Source of the DNA: an uncultured Acidobacteriota bacterium
Lineage (GTDB): Bacteria > Acidobacteriota > UBA6911
Assembly (NCBI GenBank): GCA_963843575.1
Contig: CAWJKZ010000012.1
Location: forward strand, 234,482 to 298,481
Reading direction: 5' to 3'
Length of the DNA stretch: 64,000 bases
Shown: one piece after another, positions 60,186-64,000 of the stretch
Layout of the letters: each line of letters starts with the position of its first letter
Position numbering within the stretch: position 1 is the first letter of the stretch
Notes under the pieces: generated by a model
Seen by the model: the letters and a program-made list of their open reading frames with translations, nothing else
What the model was told of the DNA's origin: nothing
Database searches by the model: none
Made by a program: the position numbers and the translations under genes

Positions 60186-60318
60186 AAAAGCCAAAACAGA
60201 ACGCAGATTCCGCGGATCCAACGGATTCACGCGGCTTGTCGCCGGGTCCATCCGTTGAGATCCGCGCGCATCCGCGTCCCGAAGATAATACGTCACCGAA
60301 TTTGTGAACATCAAGTGT
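60186..60318. repeat. ACGCGGAT palindromic element with foot against a stop codon
   Basis: matches 13571-13666; ends GTCACCGAATTTGTGAACATCAAGTGT beside the minus-strand TAA. Confidence 0.85.
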
Positions 60319-61000
60319 TTAGATCGTTAAGATTATCGCTCCCACGGCGGCTACAAGTGAATTGGCAGTAACCTGGTCCAGACGACCACTGCGTTCCAAC
60401 GCTCGAATCTCATTGATGAAGGCATTGAGCTGCTTCCTCGCCGCAGTCGAGTTACTACGTGCCATAGATTTGTCCGCGGCACTCAGCTTCGCAGTCAGGC
60501 TGTTCTTCACCCCTGCATTGAGTTGAAGTGTATCCACCCATTCCGTAACCGACGCAATTGTCGGGGCGGCGGAGAGATTCGCGTCCAACTTGGCGATGAA
60601 ACCCTCAAATCCCACTCCTGCAAGTGTGTCATCAGCCGATCCCGAGACTATGCCTGGAAAATCGCGCGACGTTGTCCACCCAGCAACATAGATGTCACCT
60701 GTGCTGGAGATGGCGAGGTCGTTCACACCTTCTGAGTTACTCCCTCCCAAGAAAGTGGCGGCCAGGATGTTACTCAGGTCTGGATTCAGCTTTGCTACAA
60801 ACCCTTCTGCAAAGAAGTAGTAGTATCCTCCTTCAATTACGACAAATGTGCTATCGGCCGAGCCAGGACCTATTCCTGGAACGTCAGGCGAGTTTGTCCC
60901 ACCGGCGACGTAGATGTTTCCCGCCTTGTCAAGAGCCATGGCATTAACAAATCCGCCGAGGTAAGTCTCTGCCAGGATGGAGCTCAGATCGGAGTTCAGT
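60319..61000 (-). pseudogene. 3' part of an SBBP beta-propeller plus FIMAH-like domain protein
   Basis: TYLGG..ALD.AGNIYVAG.T.S.D.P repeats, NSL.AKL..QLNAFINEI; 5' end replaced by an IS-like remnant (about 61000-61200). Confidence 0.7.
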
Positions 61001-61249
61001 GCGTATCCGTCAACAATGCGTTCGCCCTGGGCGCGCAACGTCGTCGGCTTCACCACGATTCTCAATTCTTGAGGGTGGCGAACCTTCTCGGTATCTCGCT
61101 CTCCAAATCGATTCTGAGGACAAAATCGGTGGCCTGCACGACCATCGGTGGGCGGTGATCTCGGCAACTGGCTGCTCGCCGGAGCCTGCTTCGAGGGGAA
61201 GGCGGAGCGGAACGATGCTATGCCTGTCGAGTTCCCGATGCAAGGATTT

Positions 61250-61609
61250 CTAAGCGCATCGAAGCGTATGTAATAACCAGTGCGCCGGCCGCGCCGCCGC
61301 AGTTCTGTTGTAGCGTGGCGGAGTCCAGGAATAATCGGCCACCGCCGTGTTTCGGCTCAACCCGGCGGTTTTGTTCTGGTCCTGTATCGCCTGCGCTCTG
61401 GCCGACTCGGCAGCTTTTGCCGCAATCTGCATCCGCAGAGCAAAGAACTCCGGTGAAGTCGGCCGCAGCTGCGCGATCATGTCCGCCTCGGCCCTCGCTT
61501 CCGCCAGTCTGCCGTCGGCAAGAAGCGCCGTGGCGTTTGCGGCCCATTGCCTTATCTTCGCATTCTGTTCCGCCGTGTTCTTGGCGGCGACTTCCAGACT
61601 ATAGACCAA
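61250..61609 (-). CDS. hypothetical helical protein or fragment
   Basis: TPR-like LLADGRLAEARAE helix; no clear start. Confidence 0.35.
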   Translation of the reverse strand: MVYSLEVAAKNTAEQNAKIRQWAANATALLADGRLAEARAEADMIAQLRPTSPEFFALRMQIAAKAAESARAQAIQDQNKTAGLSRNTAVADYSWTPPRYNRTAAARPAHWLLHTLRCA

Positions 61610-61664
61610 CTTGCCGAGGTTTGGCTCGGGGCGCTCCGTGCCCGCCCAAGTAGGCGCCGTCGTC

Positions 61665-64000
61665 TCAGCCCCTCTTCTTCACCACGCTGATAGCTTTGAG
61701 GATGACGGCATTCTTCGGAATCACCGGCCCGTAGTCGCCGCCAAAGCCTTGTGACGCACCGCGAAAACCGGTAGTCCCCTTTACGCGCACTTCCATGATT
61801 CTCTTCCCGAGACGCGGGTTCTTCCATTCGAATGCAAAGAATGTAATGGGATTGTCGCGCTTCCCTCCGAGAGGTACTGCGTCGGCGCCGTAGCAATAAT
61901 CCCACTCCGAGCGGCGGCTCGCCCAATTCCACTCCTGGATATTGACACCGTATCGGAGGGGAATAGTTGTGACAAAACCGTCTTCGTAGATGACTTCATA
62001 CCAGCCGAGGAGATCGGCGGTATCGTCCTGATCCCAGAGCAGTGCCCACCCCGGCCGGTTCGTGGCCGGCCGCGCGGAAGCGTGCAGGAAGATCAGGCTG
62101 GTGGCGTCTTCGCCGATGGGAATTGCACCGGAATCCTTCGGCAGCCCTGTCTTTTCCGCACCGTCGGTTCCGACAACGATCGCAACCTTCCCGGCATGCT
62201 CGGATAATTCGAACGGCACTTTACCGAGCGTGGTTGTGGCGCTCTCCATGCCGGCCAGGTTGATGCCTAAACCCGGTTCAGCCGGCCCCATATTGAAGGC
62301 CGCGGCGATGTGGACCGAAACGATCGATGCCTCCGTTGCGCTCGGTGGTTCTTCGCCCCGGAATCGCGTTCGAATCTCCGGCACCATGGACTGGATCACG
62401 CCGGAAAGATCCGGGCCGTAGAGCGCATCGTCGCGCCAGAGCATATGCGCGCCGCCCAAAAAATCGGATAGCTGGTCTTTCCCGAAGCCGATTTCATTGG
62501 TCGCGAACCAGACCGAGGGCGCCCCGCCGATAATGGAGGAGCGCTTCATGCGGGACTGCCAGTTCTCCGCGTAGGGATGCAGGTTGCCGAAAACCTGCCG
62601 GAATCCCATTTTGTCGAATTCGGCCTCAAAGCCTTCGACCTGATCCTGTTTCCAGCCCGTCGGTGAGGTCCCGTCTCCGGTATCGAACGTCGACCAGGCC
62701 CAATTGAAGATCAGCACGTCTTTCGGGATGAGGCGGCTTACCTGCTCCGGAGTCATCCCACCCGCTACCTGATACGTGAACCCGTCCGGGGCCTTCCTGG
62801 TTTGCAGACCCTTGCCGCTTATGCCTTCCAGCAGCCTGTCGCCCCAAATGATCGTGGAGACCCCCTTCTTGGCCAGGTAATCGTGAATGATCCGGACATC
62901 CTCTCCAAACCGTTCACCGATATCCTTGTCTTTGCACCTGGGGCACAGTCCGACCGGCTGGAACACTTCGTCGTGCCCGGCATGGACCCATTTCGGCTTG
63001 AGCAGGTCGATGTACTCGTCAAATACGTCGAAGAGCAGTTTGTAGCTCGCGGGATTCGAAGGGCAGTACACGCCGGGCCACTTCGTGTCGGGTGTTTCCG
63101 ACAGATCCGGGTGCGCGGTCATGAGGTAGTAGCAATGCGTAAAAGATGGCAGCTCCGGAATCAGCTCGATGTGATACCTCTTGATCCAGCGCGCCAGGTC
63201 AGCGACCTCTTCCTTCTCCAGGTAACCGCCATCGGCAGTGTCCTGGTGCGTGGAATTCGTGTCCCAATCGTGCGGCGTGCCGGGCGGAGAATGGCGGCGG
63301 GAGTAATTGGTATCCTGAGCGAATTTGACCCAGCCGGTGTTCAACTCGGGATGCCTGTCAAATCGCATGGACGCATTCATTTCCATGATGAGCGTGTTGT
63401 ATTTGTATAAGGCCATGAAATCCCGGATGAAGCGCTTGAAGAAAGGGATGTTATTGCGCCCGGGGATGTAGAGCTTGATGCCGCGAAACGGCTTGGCCGG
63501 CCAATCCCGCACGTTCACCCCTTTGAAGCAGAGTCGATCCTTCTCGCTGCGAGCGAGCTGCCGCAGGGATTGCATCCCGTAAAAAGCTCCCCGGTGGTCG
63601 CTGCCGGCCACGAGCGCGATGTTCCCGCTGGTTTGGAGAATGTAACCCTCCGGCCCGGGATCGCGCAGGCTCACGGACAGGCTGTGACTTCCGCAATACG
63701 TCCGCACCAGGGGATTCGCGGTCGATCCGATCACGATCATGCGGCGGCCGGGATCCAGCTTGCGCCACCCGCTCGGTTTTCAGATGAACCGCGAATCGAT
63801 CGCCAAGATCGTCGGCAAGAGACTGGGCCAGGAACAGGTCTTCCTCTGAAGGAAACGCCGGGATGGCAATGACGGCTTGTTCATTAAGAACGAAATCACT
63901 GCCGGATTGGACGATTTCACGAGGCGTAGGGAAGATCAAAGAACGCTCCGTGGCCTCCAGGCCGCAGCATACCCCCAAGATTGCCGTAGCGATTAAGAAC
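61665..64000 (-). CDS. GH20 beta-N-acetylhexosaminidase-like protein, 5'-partial, frameshift near 63750
   Basis: IFPTPRE, EGYIL..GAFYGMQSL, VRDWP..FRG, HAGHDE, IWGD. Confidence 0.88.

Noticed and set aside
13571-60318. Classical integron cassette array (attC sites)
   Set aside because: No IntI integrase, genes lie in both orientations, and the repeats lack consistent RYYYAAC/GTTRRRY ends.

Overview
GC-rich bacterial window, most likely Acidobacteriota (three ADOP-type duplicated ABC permeases, DUF1080, Reeler/choice-of-anchor-V proteins, remnant of a TolB-tailed kinase); the taxonomy is inferred. It is a patchwork of unrelated modules: a sugar ABC transporter, peptidases, a sigma-54 redox/outer-membrane locus (heme-Reeler protein, Rieske, DUF2231, Reeler-DUF5777 barrel, with a divergent activator, cupredoxin-like protein, kinase, response regulator and porin), DUF362/PQQ-propeller, ExeA/ExeB, FtsH, modABC with a regulator, a fluoride-riboswitch-controlled CPA2 antiporter, and an Fe-S/bacilliredoxin cluster. 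From about 45 to 61.6 kb there is a graveyard of gene and IS fragments. The most striking non-coding signal is a set of about 28 short palindromic or phased repeats from several families that sit at almost every module boundary. They often supply stop codons, and some coincide with gene truncations. Many single-base frameshifts between 6 and 27 kb look like assembly errors. No rRNA, tRNA or CRISPR array was seen.
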